Virus record (IMG/VR): IMGVR_UViG_3300037454_000475
Span: 41,291-105,290 of that record
From: a virus
Taxonomy: Duplodnaviria; Caudoviricetes
Length of the DNA stretch: 64,000 nt
Reading direction: 5' to 3' (one strand)
Position numbers and translations under genes: made by a program. Shown piece after piece: positions 48,468 through 59,262 of this stretch; positions within the stretch are counted from its first letter, which is position 1; each line of letters starts with the position of its first letter. The notes under the pieces are model-generated. The model worked only from the letters and a program-made list of their open reading frames with translations. It had not been told where the DNA came from and did no database searches.

Positions 48468-48473
48468 ATTGTA

Positions 48474-49826
48474 TTAATTTAATTTTTTTGGTATGATCAT
48501 GTTTTCATCGGAACCCCAAAGCGCGGGAGAAAGTTGATCCCAATATTTCTCCCAATTATCCCGTTGTGAATCCGTGGAATTATGATAACAATATTCAAAA
48601 TAATCACTGAATAGTATTTTGGATTCATAAATACATGCCTTATGGGTGTTCCACATATATTTGGATATCATCATACCACGTTGCGGCATATATAATATTG
48701 CTATATCTTTTCCTTCACCAGGGTTTCTCATCATCACATCCCACGTCCGGTTATTTACCATATTTACAAGGCGGGTATTTTTTCCTCCGTATATGGTTGT
48801 TTGAACCTGTGATTCATCAACCCATGGTTCATCCTTGAAAATACCATCAATCACATCACGTTGGTGCTGTGTAAATCCATGGAAGTTATTTACAACCCAC
48901 CGACCGGCTTCCCAACGACCTATATTGGTCACCATATTGGTCAATTCAATTACTTCGTAATTTGAATTAATAAACGGTTCCATCAAGGCGTCCGTGAAAT
49001 CTTTTTTAATTTGTATACTACCATCAACCCACAAGAATACATCGGATTCTATGAATTCGAATGGATGGTATTTGACGTAAAAGGATTTCGCATAACCACT
49101 CATCCCGTCAAAAAACGAATCAACCAATTTAACTTTCCATGTTGATGATGTGAGGTTGGGGTTATCCGTGACCACAACATACTCAACATCACTCCTTGGA
49201 TTTTGGACTTCACGAATTAACTCATAATTCCCAAATATGGCGGTAAGCACTGCGTATTTGTATTTGGTTGATTTACATTCATGTACATTGAGAAATGTTT
49301 TGGTTTCAACCGGATTCATACATATACCAAGAAACCATTCAAATTCCTCATATTTCATATCAAGTGCATCCTTCACATTATAGCAGGCACTTTGGTCATC
49401 TCCTTTCCTTATAACACCCAAACCATACGAGCAATCCCAAAGCAGGTTAAATTGGTATCCTTCACAGCATTGCCTATATTTAATGAATGACCGGATCTCC
49501 GGATTGTCAAATTCCTTATAATATGGGAACATCCAATCAACCAATATAAAACCGGACTCACTTAATATACCAATACTTGCGTTGATGATATCGAATAGAT
49601 TTTCATTTGTACCATGGATATCTATGTATATGATATCCGGTTTCCCATCCCTTACCATCATAACGTATCGTTCAATATCATTCATGGTATGAACCTCAAG
49701 ATATGATGTTAAGTCAAATTTTCTCATTAACTCATGGATTACGTCTTGGACAGGGATGCCGGGTATCCATAATTTATTAGGATCTTGGTCTCTTTTTGTG
49801 TTGAAACACACCCTGATGTAATTCAT
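48474..49826 (-). CDS. Glycosyltransferase (DUF616-like) with a degenerate methyltransferase-like N-terminus
   Basis: TAIFGNYE, YVVVTD, K..P, WVDGSI; N-terminal DIIYID.H, GFILVD. Confidence 0.65.
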   Translation of the reverse strand: MNYIRVCFNTKRDQDPNKLWIPGIPVQDVIHELMRKFDLTSYLEVHTMNDIERYVMMVRDGKPDIIYIDIHGTNENLFDIINASIGILSESGFILVDWMFPYYKEFDNPEIRSFIKYRQCCEGYQFNLLWDCSYGLGVIRKGDDQSACYNVKDALDMKYEEFEWFLGICMNPVETKTFLNVHECKSTKYKYAVLTAIFGNYELIREVQNPRSDVEYVVVTDNPNLTSSTWKVKLVDSFFDGMSGYAKSFYVKYHPFEFIESDVFLWVDGSIQIKKDFTDALMEPFINSNYEVIELTNMVTNIGRWEAGRWVVNNFHGFTQHQRDVIDGIFKDEPWVDESQVQTTIYGGKNTRLVNMVNNRTWDVMMRNPGEGKDIAILYMPQRGMMISKYMWNTHKACIYESKILFSDYFEYCYHNSTDSQRDNWEKYWDQLSPALWGSDENMIIPKKLN

Positions 49827-49919
49827 AACAATACGTTTATTTGATGTATAAAAAATATGCCAGTCCTAAACGTATTTTAGTCGTTATCCCATTATTTTTA
49901 TATAAAATAAATTTATATT

Positions 49920-51770
49920 GTGGCAAGTATATTTACACATAATGAGTCATTTGATAACATTGGAAGTAAAATGATGATATCAAATCCTGAATGGGATCAA
50001 TCAGCCAATCAGGAACTCAATACATATCGTTCATACAATCCGATTGCCCTCGTGGTGGAACCTATTTTTCACAGTCCGGATGAGGATGATGTTGATTATA
50101 TGCCGTTTTCCTCAAAAACTCCGGGTAAACAATTTGAAGGTCGCCATTCGTTGTTTAATGCCGTTAATGCAGTTGGTAACGACCTAAAATATCAGGTTGC
50201 ATTGAATGTACCCCTCTTGGATTGTCCGGAAGTTCGTGATGAGATCAGACGTAAATCCGATTGTTCCGTTAAGGCTCTTGTGGATGCATCCGCTCGTGGT
50301 GAAATGGGTAGGGCTGTGTATACGTATGCAGACTTTATGTTCTGTAAGCATTTAGGACGCATCTCCAACAACTATCTCATCACCCTACGTAGGTTTCCGC
50401 AACCACCGGGTGACCACATTAATTTCACCCTTGAAAACGAATATAATGAACACCTCCCTGATATTGGTAGGTTGGTCACTTGGATGGGTACCCCGGGTAA
50501 TGATATGGCGAATATATTGAAGTATTCGGTTAAATTACCATATAAGGAGATGAAAGCCAATGTTCAAACGGCACAAGCCAATGCAGATAATAGTGGTGGA
50601 TTCCTCGGTGGTATCATGAATCTTGGATCCAACGCATATAGGCAAGGTATGTTAAATGGATCCGCCGGTACAAGGGCGATAGATTCGATCAAAGCAGCAT
50701 TGTCTCCATTTGGTGGTGCATTTGCAAACAATCTTCAAGGCCCACCGGATACGTCATGGGCATACCATAAAGACGACAATAAGGTTTGGGGCCCCGTGGA
50801 TACTATCACAAAAACATACTATCGTCAAGGAGCAGAAGATGGTGGTATTGAATTTGAACAAAATATTCAGCTTGTTTTTGATTACGAACTTCGTAGTTTT
50901 AATGGCATCAATCCACGAGCTGCTTTCCTTGATCTTCTTGGTAATATTCTTGCAGTGACGTATACGAATGCATCGTATTGGGGTGGTGCCGTACGTGGAA
51001 CCGGTGCAGCCCAATCCAACGTATTTGCCAACCTTCCGATATTCCATATGAAGGAGCCGTTGACATTCGCAGGTGTTCAGGATTCAATTTTCGATACTGT
51101 GGGGCAGATTGGTGCCCACTTTAACAACGGTAACCCGATTAATAACCTTAAAGATGCCATGAATGCCATGGGTAACCTTTTGAAAGGTGCACTTACTGGT
51201 GTTACAGCCGGCTTGTTAAACTCGCTTGGCCGTCCTCAAAAGAACGCCCTTAACTCCATGTTGAATTTTGCCCCAACCGGTATGTGGCATCTTATGGTTG
51301 GTAATCCAAAACACCCGATTATGTCAATGGGTAATATGTTCCTCGATGGATGTACAATCGAGCATTACGGCCCGCTGGGATTTGATGATTTCCCAACAGG
51401 TATTCGTGTGAATATCACACTGAAACATGGTATGCCACGAGACAACCTTAAAATCGAGCAAATGTATATGAACGGTGACTACCGCATATATCAACCACTT
51501 GGAGACCGGGTATATGAGGCTTGGGAAAATGCGGAGGAGATAAATTCAAGTAATTCAGGTGAAACAAATGATGTTTCAAGGGTTACTGATCAGGTGGATA
51601 ACCAAGAAAATGATCTTGAAACCACGGAGGTCGCGAATGCCAAGCAAACAAGTACCAGCAAACGTTTGATGAAATACTTTGGTACTGATAACAAGACCTC
51701 CATTATAATTGCCGGTGAGGAGGGATACCTTGGTTCGAATAAACCAAAAGATGTTACGGGTAAACTTTAA
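49920..51770 (+). CDS. Putative baseplate/tail-junction structural protein
   Basis: 616-aa ORF with tube-fold-like C-terminus (WHL.VGNP..PI, G.DDFPT.I.V.ITL). Confidence 0.55.
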   Translation: MASIFTHNESFDNIGSKMMISNPEWDQSANQELNTYRSYNPIALVVEPIFHSPDEDDVDYMPFSSKTPGKQFEGRHSLFNAVNAVGNDLKYQVALNVPLLDCPEVRDEIRRKSDCSVKALVDASARGEMGRAVYTYADFMFCKHLGRISNNYLITLRRFPQPPGDHINFTLENEYNEHLPDIGRLVTWMGTPGNDMANILKYSVKLPYKEMKANVQTAQANADNSGGFLGGIMNLGSNAYRQGMLNGSAGTRAIDSIKAALSPFGGAFANNLQGPPDTSWAYHKDDNKVWGPVDTITKTYYRQGAEDGGIEFEQNIQLVFDYELRSFNGINPRAAFLDLLGNILAVTYTNASYWGGAVRGTGAAQSNVFANLPIFHMKEPLTFAGVQDSIFDTVGQIGAHFNNGNPINNLKDAMNAMGNLLKGALTGVTAGLLNSLGRPQKNALNSMLNFAPTGMWHLMVGNPKHPIMSMGNMFLDGCTIEHYGPLGFDDFPTGIRVNITLKHGMPRDNLKIEQMYMNGDYRIYQPLGDRVYEAWENAEEINSSNSGETNDVSRVTDQVDNQENDLETTEVANAKQTSTSKRLMKYFGTDNKTSIIIAGEEGYLGSNKPKDVTGKL

Positions 51771-51818
51771 GAAAAAACACCGCAAAAAATCATATTATAA
51801 AATATAAAGAAAACTTAT

Positions 51819-54800
51819 TTGAACATGGGAGGTAACACTAATAGCATATCCGAATGCCTTGCACAGATGGTGAATTTAACAAAGAAAAATCTCGCCATTC
51901 TTAAAGCAGTCAACGAGGCATTTTATACGAAAAGGGATCATCTCGCAGTGGTTGTTAATGATGAAACCTTCGTAATACCTTCGTTTATATCATTGGAATC
52001 CCGAATAGAATCCCTTGAACATAATCTCGAAAACATAGTTAATGCTCCTCTTACCGGAGAAGCATTCACATATTTCGATGGTACAACCCAACGTCTCGAA
52101 TTATCAGGATACCATACCGCTCCGGCGCATGTTGATATTCAACCAGTTACAAGATATGGTGTGGAGACAAACAATATCTTCAAAGATTTTATGAGTCCAA
52201 ACCCATTCGTTAAGATTGATATGCAGTCGATTCCTAACAATATCAAACATGCAGTGGTTCGTAAGATATCAATCCACGAACTTGCCACCGGTTTACGCGA
52301 TGCCATTGAGGGATTATCGGATGATGGAATGGTTGATTTCGCCGATGTCGAAAAGATACTCTATGCATATAGAGAAGGAGAGGATTACACCGTATATGAT
52401 ACTGTCCGCCGCTTACCAATCCGTAAAGGGGTTGCCCAAGGTGAGTATGAAATCGTTGATATCATCGATAACTACCAAGACGCCAATTTTGATGAGTTCT
52501 ATGAACTTGAATTGAATACCGATTTGGTATATTTCATCAATAACGGTACTATCCAAAAGGATATCAAGGTGGGCGACACGTTGGTTACCTATACCGACAA
52601 AGTTATGCTTGAGGTTATGGATATCAACTACGTCAAACGTACCATTGTTGTAAAAGTTACACAAGGTGCGTATGCAGATTTGCAGGATAAAACCTCCGGT
52701 AATCCTTCCCTATACAAACTCAAATATTATAAGGAGGAAACCGATATCAATAGCACAAAATACCTCAACATACCACTCGAAGAGGATCCATATGTGGTTA
52801 TTTTCGTGGCCCCGGTTAATGACACAACGAATACGAGGGCTCCGTGGGGTAAGGGTATATTCATATCGACTGATAAACTCGTCATGGATGTTGATGGTGA
52901 AGATGTATCGTTCCGGGATTACTACAACAAATATGTGAATAACGTGGGTGATGCATTGATGGGTATTACCTCCATGATGGATGATGACCAACAGGTTTCC
53001 CGTCTCACCCCGGCCCAATTTGAACTGATTAAATCCATCAGGCCGGTTATTAATAAGGATATTATCGAGGTTACCCAAATCAACAGACACCTTAACGATA
53101 CGAAATCCATCAAGACGATTCGTAATTTGTATAACCAAAAATCCCAATACAAGATGGAGTTGGATACCATCCAACGCAGTATCGATCAGATCAATAAGGA
53201 GCTTTCCGAACTTTCATTTGATGATACCAAAAACTCACGTACTGTTTACGAAACCCAACTTTCCGAATACAACCAAAAGAAGATCGAACTTGTTGACGCA
53301 ATCAATAAGATCATACAGGAGATCTCCATCAACGCCAATAACTCGGAAACACCGATAGAAAATGCAAAATACCGCATACGTGGTTTCATTCCAACCATAT
53401 TGCAGGAAATCAACGGCAGCATCCCGGATTATGTTGAGGTTATAAAGATTGATGTTGAATACCGTTATAAGAACAAATCAAGCTTTACCGGTAACGCTCA
53501 AACATTTAACGATTATGTATTTTCGGACTGGAACAAAATGTCCTCCATATACAGGAGAAGGGTTCCAAAATACGAGAACAACATGTACAAGTATGAATGG
53601 GAGGCCGATAACGGTGATACGAATAACCCATCATATAACCAAATTGATATCCCGATCACACAGGGTGAAATCGTTGATATCCGTGTTCGTTTCATCTATA
53701 ATCTCGGATACCCATTTGCAGAGGTTAGTTCCGATTGGAGTGCCATATACACGCAGGAATTTCCGGTTGAGTTCTCCAAGAATGTCGAGATCCTTGATAT
53801 CATCGCAGAGAATAACGATGAAATCAAAACCAAACATTTTGAAAGTATCCTCGAACAAAAAGGTATCATCGACCACATTGAGGATGGTATTCAGGATCAA
53901 ACGATCAAGTATCTCCATAAAGCGGAACACATTGCCAGTGGTTTTGTCACGGCAGAACGTAGGGTGATTCCGCTTGATGCAAAACTTCATGATTTTGATG
54001 AGTCCATCGAATATCTAAAGTCCGAGGTATTTGGTGTGGCCTCGACCAACCTCCTTGTCACCTTGAGTGATAACAATAACAACATAATGCTCAAGCCGGA
54101 TATTATCAATAAGTTCCACACCATCAGCTTCAAGGATGCTATCAGTCATTCAAATGTGGTCAATTTTGGTAGTGCCGCAAGTCCTCAAAACGCAGCTATC
54201 TCACAACTTACATTGACGTTGTATAACAATGGGGCATATGACATGAAACTTCACAGCCTCTTCCCTGGTTCGTCAAAACAATTATTGAATCCAAATGCAG
54301 ATAACACAGTATTCCCAATAAGTGAATATGCTGCAAATGAATCCATCTATATGATGCTTGACTCTAAAGAAGGGGATAATCTTTACACAGCCCAAAGGTA
54401 TAACCAATTCCTTTATTTCCGCCGCATGCTTACGGATGTCATGGGTAATCCTGCATTGTATCAATCCGGTGACATCAGTTCGATATTTGTATCGGATGAC
54501 AATATTGAGGACACCGGTGTCCCAACGAAAAAACTTCTTGGCAATGGAAATAACGTTATAGAAGTTTCCGATGATTACGCAACGATAGCCAATTTGATGA
54601 AAACCGCAAATAACAACGGTAGATTTGCTTGTTTATACCCATACATCGGTTCAGTTGCTTCGATATGTAACGACACAGGTGATACGTTTACGGTATTGGC
54701 ACCCGGTGAAAGCATTAGTATTCCGATTAACTTTGTGTATTGGTTCAAGGATAGCGCCAATGATTCCGGATTGAAAACTGCATCGCAAATGAAATCCCGT

Positions 54801-55055
54801 ACGGTATCCCGCATGTTGGCCTTTGATATCCGTACCAGCTTATACCAAGACCCAATCACATATAAATTTGTTGTTGATGCTTCGTTCAATGATACGAAGG
54901 GATTCGAGCTCAAGAAAACAACCGTTGAGGTCAATTCGAATAAGATGCAAGTCCTTGGTACGGCAACTCCAAAAACTATCGCACGTAACGCCACAGAACT
55001 TATGAGTGGTGCAACCGCAACCACACATGGAAGAAAAAATAATGCTGATAGATAA
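51819..55055 (+). CDS. Large putative structural protein
   Basis: 1078-aa ORF with coiled-coil segment in a structural operon. Confidence 0.65.
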   Translation: MNMGGNTNSISECLAQMVNLTKKNLAILKAVNEAFYTKRDHLAVVVNDETFVIPSFISLESRIESLEHNLENIVNAPLTGEAFTYFDGTTQRLELSGYHTAPAHVDIQPVTRYGVETNNIFKDFMSPNPFVKIDMQSIPNNIKHAVVRKISIHELATGLRDAIEGLSDDGMVDFADVEKILYAYREGEDYTVYDTVRRLPIRKGVAQGEYEIVDIIDNYQDANFDEFYELELNTDLVYFINNGTIQKDIKVGDTLVTYTDKVMLEVMDINYVKRTIVVKVTQGAYADLQDKTSGNPSLYKLKYYKEETDINSTKYLNIPLEEDPYVVIFVAPVNDTTNTRAPWGKGIFISTDKLVMDVDGEDVSFRDYYNKYVNNVGDALMGITSMMDDDQQVSRLTPAQFELIKSIRPVINKDIIEVTQINRHLNDTKSIKTIRNLYNQKSQYKMELDTIQRSIDQINKELSELSFDDTKNSRTVYETQLSEYNQKKIELVDAINKIIQEISINANNSETPIENAKYRIRGFIPTILQEINGSIPDYVEVIKIDVEYRYKNKSSFTGNAQTFNDYVFSDWNKMSSIYRRRVPKYENNMYKYEWEADNGDTNNPSYNQIDIPITQGEIVDIRVRFIYNLGYPFAEVSSDWSAIYTQEFPVEFSKNVEILDIIAENNDEIKTKHFESILEQKGIIDHIEDGIQDQTIKYLHKAEHIASGFVTAERRVIPLDAKLHDFDESIEYLKSEVFGVASTNLLVTLSDNNNNIMLKPDIINKFHTISFKDAISHSNVVNFGSAASPQNAAISQLTLTLYNNGAYDMKLHSLFPGSSKQLLNPNADNTVFPISEYAANESIYMMLDSKEGDNLYTAQRYNQFLYFRRMLTDVMGNPALYQSGDISSIFVSDDNIEDTGVPTKKLLGNGNNVIEVSDDYATIANLMKTANNNGRFACLYPYIGSVASICNDTGDTFTVLAPGESISIPINFVYWFKDSANDSGLKTASQMKSRTVSRMLAFDIRTSLYQDPITYKFVVDASFNDTKGFELKKTTVEVNSNKMQVLGTATPKTIARNATELMSGATATTHGRKNNADR

Positions 55056-55057
55056 TT

Positions 55058-56086
55058 ATGGATGCAGAAACAAGAGCATTATGGGAAGATATTCGAAGAG
55101 GTGTTGTTGATATCAATAACCAACAGTTATTCTTTTCGATTGTCGCCAAAGGTTTCATATATAAACTCAACCAAAGGCTCAAGTTGCGTGGGAAGAATAT
55201 ACCTCATTATATTCTAAATACTGGTGATGACATCATGTATCTTGAGGTTAAGGGGCAAGACCACTCCATTGAGCCGGTTGAGATATCGAATGAGGATTTT
55301 GTATACTCACAGGTACCTCGTTGTATGATCCAACCGACTGGAATAAATGTTCAAATGGATCAACTTTCCAACCCATATTCACATGGTAAGTTTGAAATTG
55401 AGCACAATGACATGATATACAGTTTTCGCGCGGAGTTTCGTAGGATACCGGTGACGTACGGGTTTTCACTCAAATACTATCTTGATAACTTCACGGATTC
55501 ACTGGATGTTATTCAGCAGATCATTACAAATCTTTCGTTTGTCAATCTATTTAAGGTCTTATATTTAGGCCAACAGATCAACTGTTCTTATCAAATTCCG
55601 GATTCGTATCAAACGGAATACATGATGGAATTTGATGGAATCACCACGGAATCAAAGTACCGTACAATTTCCTTGGAACTCGAAGTAACGACAAACATTC
55701 CAGTGATACACGAGGAAACCATCATACCATCCAATATGATTATTAGAGAAGTCCTATTGGGTGTACACGAACCGGAACGCGGCAAAACCAACAGTATTTC
55801 CGGTGCCGGTTCCATCATTAGTACAGGTACTGGATCCGCCAACGGAAATAATGGTGGTTCCGGTGGTTCCGGTGATGGATCAAATAATTCCGGCACATCC
55901 GGTGATGTTAATGGTGGTTCCGGCGGAAATTCCGGCGGAAATTCCGGTGGCGGAACGGATAGTGGTTCCGGTGGAGTGAACAGTGGTTCAAATAGTGATA
56001 TACCGGAATTGGTATTCCGCCACGGCCTAATACTCCACCCGAAAGGTGGGTTATATACATCCGATGGTGAAATATCGGATAAATAA
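55058..56086 (+). CDS. Tail sheath stabilizer/terminator (T4 gp15-like) with Gly/Ser-rich tail
   Basis: VPR, IPV...F.L, position; GS-rich linker at 55800-55990. Confidence 0.55.
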   Translation: MDAETRALWEDIRRGVVDINNQQLFFSIVAKGFIYKLNQRLKLRGKNIPHYILNTGDDIMYLEVKGQDHSIEPVEISNEDFVYSQVPRCMIQPTGINVQMDQLSNPYSHGKFEIEHNDMIYSFRAEFRRIPVTYGFSLKYYLDNFTDSLDVIQQIITNLSFVNLFKVLYLGQQINCSYQIPDSYQTEYMMEFDGITTESKYRTISLELEVTTNIPVIHEETIIPSNMIIREVLLGVHEPERGKTNSISGAGSIISTGTGSANGNNGGSGGSGDGSNNSGTSGDVNGGSGGNSGGNSGGGTDSGSGGVNSGSNSDIPELVFRHGLILHPKGGLYTSDGEISDK

Positions 56087-56088
56087 AA

Positions 56089-56784
56089 TTGAATTATGGT
56101 ATGAGAATGGCAATGTGTGACATACGACCCGGTGTGATATTAAAGGTTGTCGATAATTATGGCACTATCAAGGCATCCGCTCAAGGAATATTTTCCGAGG
56201 AGGATGATCCGGATCTTCTCCCACCAATTACTCAATTTATCCTTCCATCATCAACCTCATTTAGTATGCCACATGAGGGTGATAATGTGTGGGTATGGCA
56301 TTTTGAAGATAACCCACAGGAACTTTTATATACATTCCGGGGTAATACACAAAACCTCAACGGGGATGAACTGGATAACGAATACAAGGACGTTGAAATC
56401 CAAATGAAGCGCAAATCCGATAATGGTGAGATACAGGTCAGTTACAACGATGATGATGGCTACACCGTGGATAACAGCGGATCCCAAATTAATATAGACA
56501 ATAAAGACCACGAAATTCACTTAAAATGTAAAGGTGGAAAAGAAGTATCCATAAACAAGGACGGTATTTCCCTTGGTAAGGATGGTGGGTCAAAATATAA
56601 GGCGGTTTGTGGGGAGGAACTCATCAAAAGCCTTGATGATATCAAAAATGTCCTCAATGCAATAAAGGATGCCGCCATGGGTAACCCATACACGATGCCG
56701 ATTGGAACGGCAATGACACCTCTCCTTCCAAAATTGAATACTTTTAAAAAGATGCTATCCAACGTGGTAACCCTTGAAAAATAA
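56089..56784 (+). CDS. Baseplate spike (gp5/gpV-like)
   Basis: P..GD.VWV.. OB motif, I.LG, AV.GE.L. Confidence 0.65.
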   Translation: MNYGMRMAMCDIRPGVILKVVDNYGTIKASAQGIFSEEDDPDLLPPITQFILPSSTSFSMPHEGDNVWVWHFEDNPQELLYTFRGNTQNLNGDELDNEYKDVEIQMKRKSDNGEIQVSYNDDDGYTVDNSGSQINIDNKDHEIHLKCKGGKEVSINKDGISLGKDGGSKYKAVCGEELIKSLDDIKNVLNAIKDAAMGNPYTMPIGTAMTPLLPKLNTFKKMLSNVVTLEK

Positions 56785-56796
56785 TATATTGATAAC

Positions 56797-57921
56797 ATGG
56801 CCGGAGGAATTGACGGATTGAAAGATATAATAATGACCGTTGTTAATGGTCAAGTGTCACCTGCAACTATTGCTGTTCAGCAGGCACAGGATGCTATAAA
56901 AACTGTGATGGCTGAAGCAAAGTACATTTTGGAGATGACCAAAATCGTTGTGCCCCAACAAGCCAAGTTAGCCGGTGAAATCGCAGAGCTTGAAGGTAAA
57001 AAGGCTGCTAAAGAAGCAGAAAAAACCATCAAAGAAGCAGAAGTTACTGCGATAGACACCTTTATAGATGCACAGGAAAGGCTTCTCGACCTTGAAAAGA
57101 AAAAAGAAGCGGAACTCAAAAAACAACAGGATAAAGCAGCCGCAAAAGCAAAATCCCGCGGAGTGGAATATAATCCACCTGCAGTTAACCCCGAGGATAG
57201 TATCAGGTCGAAAAAGGAAAACCTCGACAAACAAAAAAGTAAAAGCGAAGAAGTTCACAAGGAAATTGAGTTCATCGAGGCAGATATTGCTGATTTTCAG
57301 AGCCAAATAGAGGAAAAACAGAAAACAATCAAACTACTCACAGCCCAATTAAGCCCGGCTGCATCCCTTATGGCATCCAAAGTGAAGGCACAGCAAGCCC
57401 AATCAAAGGTTGATAATGCCCCTACACCGGAGGCCCGGGAAGCTGCCCAACAGGAACTTGAAGCGGCCCAAGAAGAGGAGGAATCAATGCAAACAATATC
57501 GGATGAACATGATGCCGCAATTGAAGGTAATGAGGAGCAAAATGAACCAAAAATGATGCAACTTCGTGCAGAGTACCAAATCATGGATTCCGGTGTTACC
57601 GTATTGAATTATCTTGTAACCAACCTTCCAATACTCGGTACCTCAATTATGACAGTACCTTCGACCATTGTGGCCGGTATGGCAACCGGTGTGGCTAATC
57701 CGGCATTTGGTATAATGTGGGGAAACGTCCTTTATGGATATGCATTTTTCATATTGGCCACCGTTAAAGCCGCATCCATCAGATTCCTTGCATTGGCACA
57801 GGAAATTGATTATACTCCAACAGCGGAAATGGCCATTATTAATATGATAGCCCCTACGGAAATAGCATTAAAGGCTATTATGGGCGCCCTACCTGCACCG
57901 GCTGGAGCTGCCTTAATGTAA
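56797..57921 (+). CDS. Coiled-coil protein with hydrophobic C-terminus
   Basis: 374-aa ORF. Confidence 0.7.
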   Translation: MAGGIDGLKDIIMTVVNGQVSPATIAVQQAQDAIKTVMAEAKYILEMTKIVVPQQAKLAGEIAELEGKKAAKEAEKTIKEAEVTAIDTFIDAQERLLDLEKKKEAELKKQQDKAAAKAKSRGVEYNPPAVNPEDSIRSKKENLDKQKSKSEEVHKEIEFIEADIADFQSQIEEKQKTIKLLTAQLSPAASLMASKVKAQQAQSKVDNAPTPEAREAAQQELEAAQEEEESMQTISDEHDAAIEGNEEQNEPKMMQLRAEYQIMDSGVTVLNYLVTNLPILGTSIMTVPSTIVAGMATGVANPAFGIMWGNVLYGYAFFILATVKAASIRFLALAQEIDYTPTAEMAIINMIAPTEIALKAIMGALPAPAGAALM

Positions 57922-57932
57922 AACGATTAAAA

Positions 57933-58178
57933 ATGAAGAATATATACGCAAACGGAACCCGATACGAAACATATAGACTCTATGAAAATCAACTTCATAG
58001 ACGTTATGACTATGCGAATGAAGGTCTTTTGAAACACCTTATTTCACCCCGTCTTCGTGATACCCGGAATCCTATCCTAAAGTATATGCTTTCGTATATT
58101 GAGAAGAGTCTTGTATTTGCTATGAAGTCCGTGGATATCCTTCAAAATTTTTACAATTACAATTGGAAAAACAGATAA
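57933..58178 (+). CDS. Hypothetical protein
   Basis: 81-aa ORF in the operon. Confidence 0.65.
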   Translation: MKNIYANGTRYETYRLYENQLHRRYDYANEGLLKHLISPRLRDTRNPILKYMLSYIEKSLVFAMKSVDILQNFYNYNWKNR

Positions 58179-58182
58179 TATT

Positions 58183-58416
58183 ATGAAATCACTTTATGAA
58201 TATCTACAATTAGCCTTCGAAGAAGAAGGTGGAGGAGTAACACAAACTCCAGCCAATACCATGGGTATGGGTAATGTGAGTCCGGATACAGACCCAATAC
58301 TTGCCGCTCCGGAAGGTGGTATTCCAAAAGAGACCACAAAAATCCATAGACGCAGAAAAAAGAAAAGAAAAGACTCTCGGGATTTCATAATGAACGACGA
58401 CATCCATAAAGTTTGA
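58183..58416 (+). CDS. Small protein with CTS-like N-terminus and basic tail
   Basis: MKSLYEYLQLAFEE; TPANTMGMG; RRRKKKRK. Confidence 0.65.
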   Translation: MKSLYEYLQLAFEEEGGGVTQTPANTMGMGNVSPDTDPILAAPEGGIPKETTKIHRRRKKKRKDSRDFIMNDDIHKV

Positions 58417-58517
58417 TTTTTGCGCGTTTTTATGCGATATAAAAAGAGATCTCCTCTGCCCCTATATAGTTAATCAGGGCGGAGGAGATCTCCTTTTATA
58501 CGCGAGTTTTGCGCGTT
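58417..58517. repeat. Dispersed palindromic element, copy C
   Basis: Core 58446-58492 nearly identical to copy A. Confidence 0.9.
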
Positions 58518-59234
58518 TTACTCGGCTGGGGATTCTTCGGATTCTTTCACCTCTTCACCAAGAAGGTTATCAAGGTATGCCGTGAATGCCACATCAACCA
58601 TGGATTCGAATTTTTCGGCAAGACGGCCGATCATATAGGCTTTGAGTTCGGAACGCTTGATATTAAGTGTATTGACCAACGTGGCCACACCATTATTAAC
58701 TTTCTCGATACTATTCACGTTGACGGCAACGATGTCATTAAAATCAACCTTACCAAGAACGCGATCGATCATACCATAGCTGACCGCATCAAGTTCCTCC
58801 GCTTCCACCATTCTTTGCTGTGCATCAAGAGGATCATTAATAGGATCCACATCTTTCCTCACCATACCTTGACGGGATGGTTGTTGGAACTTTGCACCCG
58901 GATGAGAGTATTTCAATGAGCCGAAACTTTTTGGATTATCGATCTCATCATTCACGATGGCGGACTTATCGATACCTTCAAGTTGGCTTGGATTGATCTG
59001 TGGAGCCTGCTGTTCTCTTTCGTGGCCAGTGATTGGTGTATCCGATTGGATGTAATGTTCCATGACATCCGCGGATAGAAGTCTACCATCGGTCGTTCTC
59101 ACCGAGAAACCTTCAGGACTCATAAGTAGCTCACGCACGGTAAAATGATCCGTACCATCCGGTTTCCACCATGTGGTATTTTCAAGACCGGTTTCACCAC
59201 CCATACCTAAATCCATTGTATTGTTATTGACCAT
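58518..59234 (-). CDS. Hypothetical protein
   Basis: 238-aa ORF. Confidence 0.7.
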   Translation of the reverse strand: MVNNNTMDLGMGGETGLENTTWWKPDGTDHFTVRELLMSPEGFSVRTTDGRLLSADVMEHYIQSDTPITGHEREQQAPQINPSQLEGIDKSAIVNDEIDNPKSFGSLKYSHPGAKFQQPSRQGMVRKDVDPINDPLDAQQRMVEAEELDAVSYGMIDRVLGKVDFNDIVAVNVNSIEKVNNGVATLVNTLNIKRSELKAYMIGRLAEKFESMVDVAFTAYLDNLLGEEVKESEESPAE

Positions 59235-59262
59235 AACTTCTATGTTTTTTTATGCTTTTCAA

